From the NCBI RefSeq assembly GCF_006345805.1, contig NC_043004.1, forward strand, positions 88,722,001 through 88,786,000: DNA of 64,000 nt, in the 5' to 3' direction. Below the pieces are notes generated by a model that saw only the letters and a list, made by a program, of their open reading frames with translations, was not told where the DNA came from and ran no database searches. The stretch is from Octopus sinensis (Eukaryota). This document shows, piece by piece, positions 41,269 to 53,489 of the stretch; the first letter of the stretch is position 1, and each line of letters starts with the position of its first letter. The position numbers and the translations under genes are program-made.

Positions 41269-42889
41269 TATATATATATATATATATATAACGAAGGCGG
41301 CTATATGCAATATAAAACCAAAAAAGGAAAAATTCAGTTGTCACTAATTGTGACGGTGCAGCGTAGCACCTACATTGCTAGAAACAAGAGTTAAAAACCC
41401 CTTGCTGCAACAAGGAATCACAGTTCCATACACCGAGATCACTATACTAGTCTAGTTTCGCTTAAAATCAAAGCTCATTTATACACGTATAAATAGATGT
41501 GTATGTATGTATGTGTGTATGTATGTATGCATGTATGTACGTATGTATGATTGTATGTATGTATGTATGTATGTATGTATGTATGTATGTATGTATGTAT
41601 TTTTGTGTGCATGTGTCCATTCAGTAATGAATTAGAAGCTGCGCTAGTGTTCCGGACATCATCGACGGCACATATTCAGTGTATGTTTTTCTTGTTCACC
41701 GGTTCGTTCGTCACAGCACTGGGAGGACGACTACCTCTTACCACTGAATGTTAGAATAGTAAGGGAAATACTCGAAAGTGGCCTGTGGCATGTATTTGGG
41801 CAACAAAGACGAATATAGGTATATTAAATATCATACAAGAAAAGTACTTGCTTTAGTGAAATTAACTCCGCCTCCTGAGATGGTAGACCAATCGTTTGTT
41901 GGCAATTGATATCAACTCCAATTGAGAAAGAGAAATAATCTTAAGAATTATGAATTTCACTTTCGTTCTGGAACAGCTAAGGTAGAACAACTGTTATATT
42001 GGTGACACATGTTGAAGTTGAAACACGTGTCTGCAACTGTCCTCTTTTCGTCAGACAATCAGAATGTCTTTTACTTAATAGCGTGTCAATTTTTTATAGC
42101 TGACTCTTGACAGTATCTCCCCTTTTCCTCGAGAGTTGGTACGAACTGCCGCCAAGTGATTGATATGCTCTCTCTCTATTTAGCTATCTGTCTCTGTCTC
42201 TCTCTACCCGCATATCCGCGTACACACATGCACACACATGCAAGCATAAATACCAACATACATACAAACAGACATGCATAAATACATACATACAGATATA
42301 CATGAATACACACATTTAAGTATATATGAGCTTGTCTAGATATGCAAGTATATTCATGAGAATATATACATAAAACAAAACATACAAACCTGCACTTACA
42401 TACATACATACATACATACAAATCTGCACATACATACATACATACAAATCTGCACATACATACATACATACATACATACATACATACATACAAAAAACAC
42501 TGTGTTGATGTTGATGAAATTCAAATGAAGGAGCCTAGTATTTAGGTTAGAAACCGGTTCTTCCACGATTGGCAAGAAATCTTGAAATAAAACTGAATAA
42601 CGACATACATACATACATACATACATACATACATACATACATACATACATACATACATACATACATACAGTCGTTTTGCCATTCTTTTTAGCATTGTCAC
42701 ATAATTAGAATACTAATTAGCTAATCAAGAGTTTGCTTCAATTTTTTTTCATTAATTGATCATTTGAATCAACCTATTGATTTCATCACAGTCTGTGAAC
42801 TTCACGATGGCTGGAATAATAAAGCATATCTATTCTGCTTTTGCTAACCCCGTGAAAGAATAACGCACACACAAGACTTCATTCACGGC

Positions 42890-43105
42890 ATGCAAATCTC
42901 TGGTGATAATGGCCATTCCCATTTCACTCTTGATGGTGTCAAGCCAGCGGGTTCTTGGTCGGCTTCTTCCTCTCGTGCCACTGACCATTCCGAGCATGAT
43001 ATCCTTCTCCGGGGATTTTCTCCCCATAACATGACCAAAATATGCCAATCTATGCTTGGTGATCCTAGCTCCTAGCGACAGTTTCGGCTTGATCTGGTTA
43101 AGAAC
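42890..43105 (-). mobile_element. RTE/BovB-like LINE 3' fragment
   Basis: KPKLSLGARITKHRLAYFGHVMGRKSPEKDIMLGMVSGTRGRSRPRTRWLDTIK. Confidence 0.82.
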
Positions 43106-43838
43106 AAGTATACACACATTTCAAAACTGTACAAACACTAAATACTTAATACAGCAGCAGAAACGGAATAATCAGTTCGAGAATTAACAGGAGGTGTATA
43201 TTAGCACATTAGCAAAGACAAGTGCAGATGAGAACACGTCATCAATAAAGTAGTCACAATGTGTGACGAAAGGATTCTGACGAATCAACTGATTGATTGA
43301 TCAAACGATTGATCAAATAATTGATAGTTGATTAGTTAACTAATTAACTGATAGCAATAAAAAGAAATGAAATAAAAAAGATTTGCCTTTGTGTTTTATT
43401 GGCAAATAATCTTTCCAAAATACATCTGTTTTAACACGTTTCATATTAATTAACTTGTAAAAGAAATACAAACGTCCTTCATAATTATATATGCGTATGT
43501 ATATGTATATATATTCGTGTACATGTATGTATATCATTTATGTGTATCAATTTATGTGCGTGTATTCAGGTGCATTTGTATATACATGTGTGTGTGTGCG
43601 TGTGTGTGTTTGTGTGTGTCTGTGTGTGTGTGTGTGGTGTGTGTGCGTTTGTGTGTGTGTGTGAGTGTATTATATACGACGCGTACATTGCTGTGTGACT
43701 GAGAAGCTCTTTTCGCAACTACAAGGTTGTCGGTTCAGTTTCACTTGAGCAAGTGCCTTTTTCAATAGCCCCGGGTCGAGAACTAGTTCGCAAGTGAATT
43801 TGGTAGACGAAAAGAGTTTCGAAGCCCGTCTTGTGTGT

Positions 43839-43908
<70 letters not shown>

Positions 43909-43965
43909 CTGACAACTGGTGGAGTTCTCGTAGTCCAGGGTTTCAGCAAAACATTGACTCTCATT

Positions 43966-44368
43966 TTACTCTCTTTTACTTGTTTCAGTCATGTGACTGT
44001 GGCTATACTGGAGCACCGCCTTTAGTCGAGCAAATCGACCCCAGGACTTATTCTTTGTAAGCCTAGTACTTATTCTATCGGTCTCTTTTGCCGAACCGCT
44101 AAGTTACGGGGACGTAAACACACCAACATCGGTTGTCAAGCGATGTTGGGGGGACAAACACAAATACACAAACATAGACACACACATACACACATATATA
44201 TATACATATATATGACAGGTTTCTTTCAGTTTCCGTCTACCAAATCCACTCGCAAGTCTTTGGTCGGCCTGAGGCTATAGTAGAAGACAGTTGCCCAAGG
44301 TGCCCCCGCAGTAGAACTGAACCCGGAACCATGTGGTTGGTAAGCAAGCTAATTACCACACAGCCTAT
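43966..44368 (-). mobile_element. SINE family A, full length
   Basis: Reverse complement of 39937-40342. Confidence 0.9.
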
Positions 44369-44597
44369 AGGCTGATAAAATAAGTACCAGAATTTAAAAG
44401 AACTGACACTTAAGGCAGGGTCAACTTTGCCTTTCATCTTTTTGGGGTCGATAAAATAAATATCAGTTGAACACTAGGGTCCAACGTAACTGATTTAACC
44501 ACTGCCCCGAAATTGCTGACCTTGTGCCAAAATTCGAAACCAAGGTGTTAAGTGAGCATAATCGCTAACACGCCGATGATGTGACACCATTTGCCCG

Positions 44598-45120
44598 GTG
44601 TCGATAATATAACTTCCAGTTGAGCACTGAGGTCGATAAAATGACTACCTGTTAAGCAGTGGGGTCGATAAAAGTACCAGTTGAGCAGTGGGGTCGATAA
44701 AATAAGTACCAGTTGAGCACTATGGTCTATAAAATAAATTACCAGCTGAGCACTGGGCTCGACAAAATGAGTACTAGCTGAGCACTGGGGTCGATGAAAT
44801 AAATACCAACTGAGCAGTGGGGTCGATAAAATGAGTACCAACTGAGCAGTGGGGTCGGTAAAATGAGTACCAACTGAGCAGTGGGATCGATAAAATGAGT
44901 ACCAACTGAGCAGTGGGGTCGATAAAATGAGTACCAGTGGAGCAGTAGGGTCGATAAAGCAAGTACCAGCTAAACAATTGGTTCAATGAAATAAATACCT
45001 GCTGAGCAGTGGAGTCGATAAAATGGGTACCAGCTGATCACTGGAGTTGATAAAATAAGTAACAATTGATCACCGAGGTCGATAAAATGAGTACCAGCTG
45101 ACATCGATAATATAAGTATC
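44598..45120 (+). repeat. 32-bp minisatellite (~16 units) inside a family B SINE
   Basis: Unit GGGGTCGATAAAATGAGTACCAACTGAGCAGT, period 32 (e.g. TGAGCAGT at 44811, 44843, 44875). Confidence 0.92.
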
Positions 45121-46081
45121 ACACAATGTTGGAATCGTTGTAATCGACTTACCGCTTGCTAGCCAGAAATTGCTGGCCTAGTGCCAAAATTTGAAACCAA
45201 TATAACTAAGAGGTATTTGATCTACTGAACAGATATACAAATAAATACGCATGTAGGCATGTATGCATGCATGTATGTATGTAAATATGTAGGTATGTAT
45301 GTATGTATGTATGTATATATGTAGGCAGGTAGATATGAATGTATGTATGTATTTCTATGTCTATGTCGTCAATGAATGAAATCAGAATCCAACACACGTT
45401 GTAGAAAATGCTATTTATTATATTTAAACTGAATTTTCAGATTTTCTAAAGTTAAAGTTATATCGTTCTACAGTTTTCAAATTGATTTCCTATTCTACTT
45501 CTGCTTTTAAATCATCATTTCCCTGGAGATGAGGAGCCAGATAGTATTTAGTTGATTGAATTTATAACGTAATATATTGAATATATTACTGGTACTAAAT
45601 ATATAAACTCACAGATCAAAGTAAGTAAACTATATATGTTAAGAACTTAAACCGGTTCTCTTACGTCTAAACCAAAATCTTCAGCTGTAAATTAAATAAT
45701 AATAAATATATAAATATTTCTAGTGAATTCATACGACAATCTTCATCGTTGAAGACAGCAATATTATATAAATGTCTCTTCTATACGAAGCTCCAGAAAA
45801 CTCCCCTCCGCCCCACCGGTTCTCGGTATGATAAATGAAGTGTGAAAATGTTAGCTGCAGTCTGGAAGACTTAACTATCAGACTGCAGGCAAAAATAAAC
45901 ATAACTCACCGTAAGAAGATAATAGAGGAAATATCTCTTTTACATATGAATAAAAGATGAGCAATGACCGCCTGTATAGTTTATTGTTTATAATCCCTTG
46001 CGAACTGCATCCGCTATTATTCGAAGGAGAAAATTAGATAAGAAGAGAAAGACAGGCAGATAGATAGATAGATAGATAGAC

Positions 46082-46178
<97 letters not shown>

Positions 46179-47177
46179 AGGAAGTCTGTGTTTGACTTGT
46201 GTATGTCTCTCTCGTCTTTTGGTTTATGTTTTAAAATAACAGGCGTTTCACAATCTCATTTCGTTAGTTTGGTTTTCAAAGCAAATATGTTATAGAGCCA
46301 GAACAATTCCACGGGCGGTACAATACCTCGGTTTTCATTCGGCTGTCAGGTTTCACTTAAATCAGATGCAATGTAGTATCAAATAGGCCCCACTCTACCT
46401 TTAATAATAGCCTTTGACTACTTCTGTATTATATAACAGCGACTGAAACTAAACTAAAGACGATGTACAAACATTCCACAAAGTTGTATAAACCATTATA
46501 TTATATCGTTATATAATATATACATATAACGTGTATCATCTAACTGGATGTTTTGTTGTCCCATCTTTGTATCACCTAGCTGTCCGGATGTTTTGCGTTC
46601 TTGTCCCATTTTGTATTTTTTATATCTATTATATATATATATATGGCCTTTCAGCTTCTCTCTATCAAATCCACTCGTAAGAGGTAACAGTAGACGCTGT
46701 GGCGTTGAACCTAGAACCATGTAGTTTGGAAGCAAGCTTCTTGCTACACAGCCACACTTGTTGAAATTTCGCTCACCTACACGCTATGAAAACCAGGTAA
46801 TCTGAATTTTGAGCCATTATAAATATCTTTCAAACTTTCTGGTTCACCTATAATACAGAATACTTTAATCGCCGGGTTTACTTTACAGAGCAATAATCTC
46901 TGATATACGCACAATAACGGAAATTTATTGTGGGCAGGGAGGAACGAGAACCAAAATCAGCGGTTAACTTGTACTTACTTTACTGACACAGTAAGGGGTG
47001 AACTGCAAAGCCATCTTCGGCGGAATTTGAACTCAGAATATAAAGATAGATGAAATGCCTCTACGCATTTTGTCCGGCATGCTAACGATTCTGACAGTTC
47101 GCCACCTTAATGAGACAATTACTTTTAAAAAAACTAATAATCCATACACGCTTCGCCACTTTTATCTCTCTCCTTAT

Positions 47178-48045
47178 ATACAGGGTGCGTAAGATATTTG
47201 AAGACAGATTTATGTTTATAAAAAAAAACAGCTATATAATAACAGATAATAACTGAGACACATATGGCCTTCCATTGCATCTTACTATAACGCGTATGGC
47301 TTTCTACTGCACACACTGTCTATCCAGGGTTTAACAATTATTTCCAGGACCTCAATGTAGGTGACAGAGTTAACTCTAAGGCCTTGTGGAAAGAAGTAAG
47401 GAGGCATCATATGTCCTTCATTGCTGACAACCCCTAAAACAATGATAGTTGCAGGAAATTTTGTATACATAACACTCGGAACTTCAGAAGGGTCTGCACA
47501 TAGCCATCTGTCATTTCTTCTGTTAACATTTTGATCTTGGTCGAAGTTTTTCTAGATTGAGAAAAACCAAATCAAATCTTCTGCCGGATTTTTCAGTTTG
47601 TTTAAGAGCCTTTTAGATCTGATGTAGTGATTTTCTTTTGCTTTTTTCTGACAAATTGACCTTTCCTCATCATATAAGATGTCTTTGTGGACAACATTTC
47701 TGACTGTTCCTTTTGACACTTGAAGATCTTTTGCAATTAACCTCATGGACTTTCAAGGATTGTAATCAATAGTCGGTTGAACTTGCAGGATAAATTCAGG
47801 TGTTCTGATGATTTCAGAGCGCTTAGAATGCTTTTTTATGCTTTGATACTGGTGATATGTTTCCATCTTCAGTTTCTAGCTCCTTAAAAACTTTGTAGAC
47901 GAAAGATCTGAAAAATTTTTTAAATCGAGATATTTCTAATTCGCTATGCTAAGCCTTTATAACCACAATAACACCATGCCTCTTCATTTCTTGAGTAAGC
48001 TGTGGGTCTACCATTAATATTTTCTGAAACAAAGATTATACAGAG
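47178..48045 (-). mobile_element. Tc1/mariner (DD37D/maT-like) transposon remnant
   Basis: Peptides MRLIAKDLQVSKGTVRNVVHKD, KRLLNKLK...IWFFS and TKFPATIIVLGVVSNEGHMMPPYFFPQGLRVNSVTYIEVLEIIVKPWI; TA|CAGGGTG terminus at ~47179. Confidence 0.8.
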
Positions 48046-48107
48046 TTAGCAAAAAACGCAGCAATGACCCCAAAAAGGTATACCCCGAAATACCTTGAGC
48101 AATCTGC

Positions 48108-48625
<518 letters not shown>

Positions 48626-48654
48626 TCCCTTCCTCCCCACGTGCTTCAAAAAAT

Positions 48655-48880
48655 TCTGTCTACTATAGGCACAAGGCCTGAAATTTTGGTATGGTAATGG
48701 AGATAGCCGATTGCAACGAGCCCAGTATTCAACTGGTACTTTATTTTGTCGACCCCGAATGAAGAAAAGCAAAGTCGACATCAACGGAATTTGAACTCAT
48801 CACAATGTAAAGACGGATGAAATGCCGCTAAGCATTTTGCATGGCGTGCTAACGACTCCGTCTGTTCGCTGCCTTCGGCG
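48655..48880 (-). mobile_element. SINE family B
   Basis: Reverse-complement match to family B. Confidence 0.8.
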
Positions 48881-49542
48881 TGCTAGAAACAATAACGTTC
48901 AAATCACCTCCTCACTTTGCACTAAACTAGCTACAAAAAAAGCAAAAATTAAATACACGTTAGATAATACGATAAAACTAGATACAGTATGTCTGGATAG
49001 CAAAAAAAACAACGATAGACGGCCAACGCTGCAATATTTTCAGTGCCATAAATCTTATCGATTACATCTGACCTGGGACCATGCAACAAACACATCGACA
49101 ATAACATCCTTCATTCTCTCTCCTTATTTTTCATACTCATTCCCTCTCACTCTGTATCTCATTCTATCCCTCTCTTGTTCTCCCTGTCTCTCTTTTCCTT
49201 CTCTATCTCTACGTGTCTATGTACGTGCGTGAGTGATTATCAGTTTGTAATTCATTCTGCATATTGTAAATATATTCATCATAGTATACATAGTTTTGTA
49301 GTATAAGGTGGACAACGTATTTTATGCATTAGTTAACATTATTCTTTACATATTATATATATATATATATATATATATACTACGCATGCATATATATGTT
49401 ATGGTGGTTCTTAAACTATTTTTATGTCCTGTGTGGTATTTGGAATAATCAATGCAAATATTACTAAAAATTACGCATTTACATATGCATGTGTGTGGAT
49501 CACTACGCAAATGTGCCCAGCCAGCGTGTGTACGTATTTTAC

Positions 49543-49647
<105 letters not shown>

Positions 49648-49740
49648 TAATCCAAACATGAAAACACAAAGAGAAAACACAAGGCGAGGACGTGGAACAA
49701 GTATAGTGTTATTGGACGCTCAGGAAAGGAAAGAAAGAAA

Positions 49741-49775
49741 AATTAACGTTTCGAGCGGGACTCTTCGTCAGAAAC
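49741..49775 (-). ncRNA. Minimal hammerhead-like motif, repeat family 2 (element ~49644-49826)
   Basis: Minus strand GTTT-CTGACGA-A-GAGT(ccc)GCTC-GAAA-CG-TT-AATT; canonical CUGANGA core, weakened stem I. Confidence 0.55.
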
Positions 49776-50344
49776 ATAGGAAAAGGAAAGATCCAAGGAA
49801 GAGAAGACGGAGGAGAAAATCGCCATATATATAAGCGTTTGTGGTGGGGTAGATAGGATTGGTGCATATGCATAAAAAATATAAATGCGTGGTGTATCTG
49901 AACTTCGTAGTTATATAAATAATGATGTTTACTGTTAATGAAACAGCTGTTGAGCACAATTATATTATCAACCCTATGTAAAATTTATGTTCGGACATAC
50001 ATAGACAAGCACACGCACAATGCCACTTTTGAAGGCTCCCACCAAATGATCATACGCCCTTCTCTAACTTCCTTACTTTTTAATAATTATTTTTGTTATT
50101 TTTAGCTTTTGCTTGTTTCAGTCATTAGACTGCGGCCATGCTGGGGCACCACTTGAAGAATTTTAATCTAATGAATAAACCCAAATACTTTTTCAGTTTT
50201 CTTTTGTTAAGCTTTGTACTTATTCTATCGGTCTCTTTTGCCGAATTCCTAAGTGATGGGGACGTAAATACACCAACGCTTGTGGGGAACAAACACCGAC
50301 ACAATGACACACACACAGACTGCTGGAAGGTATACTGATGGTAT

Positions 50345-51031
50345 CCTCAGTCCGGAAACATAGCCTGAATCCTTAAGAGGGTTGTGTCTAACTATCTTCT
50401 CGCCTTCCTTCTTGACTATTCGCGAGTTGAAGGGGCATGCAACATCAACTATATAGCATATGTAGTTCACCTTGTCCACTACCAGTGAGTCCGGTCTGTT
50501 ATGCTCTAGCACCTGATCTGTTTGGATTGAGAAATCCCAGAGGATTTTGCTAGTCTCTCACTCTTCCACTCTCTGCGGTTTCTGCTCATATCACGTCTTG
50601 CTTCTCTCTAGCCCCCATCTTTCACATAGTTTCCAACATAGCACTTTTGCTACCTAGTTGAGTCACCACAACTTGTAGTGGTTTGGGGCAAGTCTAAGAC
50701 GTTCGTTCGTGATATGGGCAATAGTTTCATCCGCTCTATTGCAGATGCGGCACAGCGGAGACGCTAATTCCAAAGGCGGGCCCTCCAGTTCGTGCTCTTG
50801 CGCTGCAAGTATAGTGCTCTCGGTCTCTTTTTTTAGTGTTCCTTTCATCAGCCGATCCCATCTTATTTTTCCAGCAACTTCTGTTGTGGCTGCATGGAAT
50901 CGATTGTGTGGTCCCTTCTTGCGTAATTCTGCTTCATGTCGTTTTTGCACTTCCTTTGTTTTTCTTTTTTCTTTCTCTGCTTTCAATACGTCCTTTTTCC
51001 TAATTGTCACTAGCAAGGTTTCCTTACTTTG
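50345..51031 (-). mobile_element. Dong/R4-type LINE fragment (CCHC knuckle and RLE)
   Basis: GTLKKETESTILAAQE..CRICNRADETIAHITNE; EHNRPDSLVVDK..CYIVDVACP. Confidence 0.85.
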
Positions 51032-51146
51032 GTGACATGGTGATTTCATGTCAAGATAAACAGTGCATGACCATACAGGTGGGGCTCAGTTAGAATTCTC
51101 ATCAGGTCGAGTAGCCCATCCCGCTCAAAAGGTCCCTGAATAAGGG

Positions 51147-51226
51147 TTGTTTAAGGATGTTGAACAAAACACCCAAGTTTCCAGAGGTGAATTATCCAGA
51201 CCCCAAAGGATCCATCTCAACACATG

Positions 51227-51291
<65 letters not shown>

Positions 51292-51665
51292 CATCATCAT
51301 CATCATTCTTCTTCTTATTATTATTATCATTATTATTATTATTATTGAGTGAGAGAGCAGTTCATGCCATCAAAGTGACACTGGGGTAAAATATACGAAG
51401 CCCAATATACCCATCATGACTACCCGTCTGATAAGGGTACACTAGGCACATGCATCACAACCATATGTGCGTGACATGGTGATCTCATCTGAAGATAATT
51501 AGCGCATGACCTTGCAGGTGGGGCCCAGTTAGAATTTTCTTCAGGTTGAGTAGCCCATCCCGCTCAAACGGTCCCTGAATAAGGGTTGTTTAAGGATGTT
51601 GAACAAAACACCCAAGTTTCCAGAGGTGAATTATCCAGACCCCAAAGGATCCATCTCAACACATG

Positions 51666-51729
<64 letters not shown>

Positions 51730-52023
51730 CATCATCATCATCATTCTTCTTCTTATTATTATTATCATTATTATTATTATTATTGAGTGAGAGAGCAGTT
51801 CATGCCATCAAAGTGACACTGGGGTAAAATATACGAAGCCCAATATACCCATCATGACTACCCGTCTGATAAGGGTACACTAGGCACATGCATCACAACC
51901 ATATGTGCGTGACATGGTGATCTCATCTGAAGATAATTAGCGCATGACCTTGCAGGTGGGGCCCAGTTAGAATTTTCTTCAGGTTGAGTAGCCCATCCCG
52001 CTCAAACGGTCCCTGAATAAGGG
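51147..52023 (+). repeat. Tandem duplication, unit ~438 bp
   Basis: 51147-51585 is repeated at 51586-52023, including the same microsatellite interruptions. Confidence 0.9.
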
Positions 52024-52340
52024 TTGTTTAAGGATGTTGAAAGAACCACCCATGTTTCCAGAGGTGAACTATTCAAACCCCAAATAATCCCTCTCAACAC
52101 ATGGCTATGATGCTCCCCCACTACTTCTGCTCGTGATCAGAGATGCACATATCGTCAGCCACTAAGGGACATGGTCAACTGGTTAAGGTCAAACAACTGA
52201 CAAGCAAATCTGTGGTATTGAGCAGAATATTTGCTGTAGCCCATCTTTTATATCAAGACAAAACAATGTACATGATAACACTTCCAATCAGTTAAGATCA
52301 GAAGCCATGAGAGCCACTGCCTGGTACTGCATCAGGGCAT
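51785..52340 (-). repeat. 556-bp non-coding (TAA)n-embedded repeat, longest copy
   Basis: Flanked on both sides by (ATT)n. Homologous pieces at 51032-51228, 51347-51668, 55412-55769 (+) and 19611-19652 (+). Confidence 0.85.
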
Positions 52341-52346
52341 TTATTA

Positions 52347-52388
<42 letters not shown>

Positions 52389-52649
52389 TATTATTATTAT
52401 TATTATTATTATTACAGGCGGTGGACTGACAGAATTGTTAGTACGCCTGACATAGTTCAGTATGTCTCTGGTCACATATACCCTCAGAGAGTGATGCTGC
52501 AAACACACACGAGTGAGTGTGTGAAAAAGAAAATAGGAATTCTGAAAGAAGTATCTATAAAATTAGTTTTTAAACATTAAATGGTTATAGGGGGAGAATA
52601 CATAGGAGCTTAAAGGAGCCATTGCTAAAAAGAAATGGTTGAGAACCAC

Positions 52650-53012
52650 TGCTTTTAGTCAAATACATTGACCCCTATATGTTTTTGAAGTCTGGTACTT
52701 ATTCCACAAGATTCTTTTGCTGAACTGCTAAGTTACGGGGACGTACACAAACCGACCCTGGTTGTCAAGCGGTGTAGGTTGATAAACACAAACACAAAGA
52801 CACGCACACATATACATAGCTATATACATATACATGTATGTGTATACAAGAATATAAGGGGCTTCTACACAGTTTCCGTCAACCAAATTTACTCAAAATG
52901 CGTAGGTCGGTCCGGGCTTATAGTAAAATACACTTTCCCAAGGTACCGAGTAGTGGAACTAAACTCGAAACCATGTGGTTACGAAGCGGGTTCTTTTTTA
53001 ATCATACTGCCA
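52650..53012 (-). mobile_element. SINE family A, diverged, ~200 bp upstream of the exon
   Basis: CTAAGTTACGGGGACGT...GTTGTCAAGCG...TTTCCGTC.ACCAAAT...ACCATGTGGTT. Confidence 0.8.
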
Positions 53013-53217
53013 TATTTGTTTGTTTCTCCCCATCCCTCCTCCTTTCTCCTAATCTTTTCTCTTCTGTATTTCCGTTATTGTTCTCGTTTTGTTGTTTGAG
53101 GATTTACCAAGATTTACAAGATTCCTTTTATCTGTCTCATTCTCTCTGTCTCTCTTTCTTTCTTTTTCTCTAACTCTCTCATTCTTTCTCTATTATTGTT
53201 TTGTTTCTTTTTGGCAG

Positions 53218-53438
53218 GTATATTCGATGGATTGCTATTATCGACAGCTTTGGGAAGATAAACGATTGGCTTCCAACATGAATAGAGAGAACATTTCTCT
53301 GAGCATTAAATTCCTTGAGAGAATTTGGCATCCAGACACTGTGTTCTTTAACGGTCGGAGGTCATATCTGCACACAATAACGACGCCAAATAAATTTATT
53401 CGTCTCAACAGAAATGGTACGATTCTGTTTTCCCAAAG
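53218..53438 (+). CDS. Internal coding exon (221 nt, phase 0 to phase 2) of a Cys-loop ligand-gated ion channel, GABA-A alpha-like / insect GRD-like subunit, extracellular loops D, A, E
   Basis: Long polypyrimidine tract and ttggcAG acceptor at 53216-53217; donor AG|GTAATA at 53439. Translates VYSMDCYYRQLWEDKRLASNMNRENISLSIKFLERIWHPDTVFFNGRRSYLHTITTPNKFIRLNRNGTILFSQ(R), with the family motifs YxMDxYxRQxWxDxRL, IWxPDTxFxNG and HxITTPNKxxRL...G.ILxSxR. The 221-nt length and phases match the conserved GABA-A receptor exon. Confidence 0.93.
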
Positions 53439-53489
53439 GTAATAATTGGTTTTTATATCGTCTATTATTTTCGCTGTCAAATATGTTAT

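Noticed and set aside
44598-45120. CRISPR-like array of ~32-bp repeats
   Set aside because: Units are head-to-tail with no unique spacers, derive from a SINE segment, and there are no cas genes; the context is eukaryotic.
53218-53438. Cephalopod chemotactile receptor or nicotinic-type subunit
   Set aside because: The motifs (RQxWxDxRL, WxPDTxFxNG, TTPNK) are of the GABA/glycine receptor branch, not the nAChR-derived branch.
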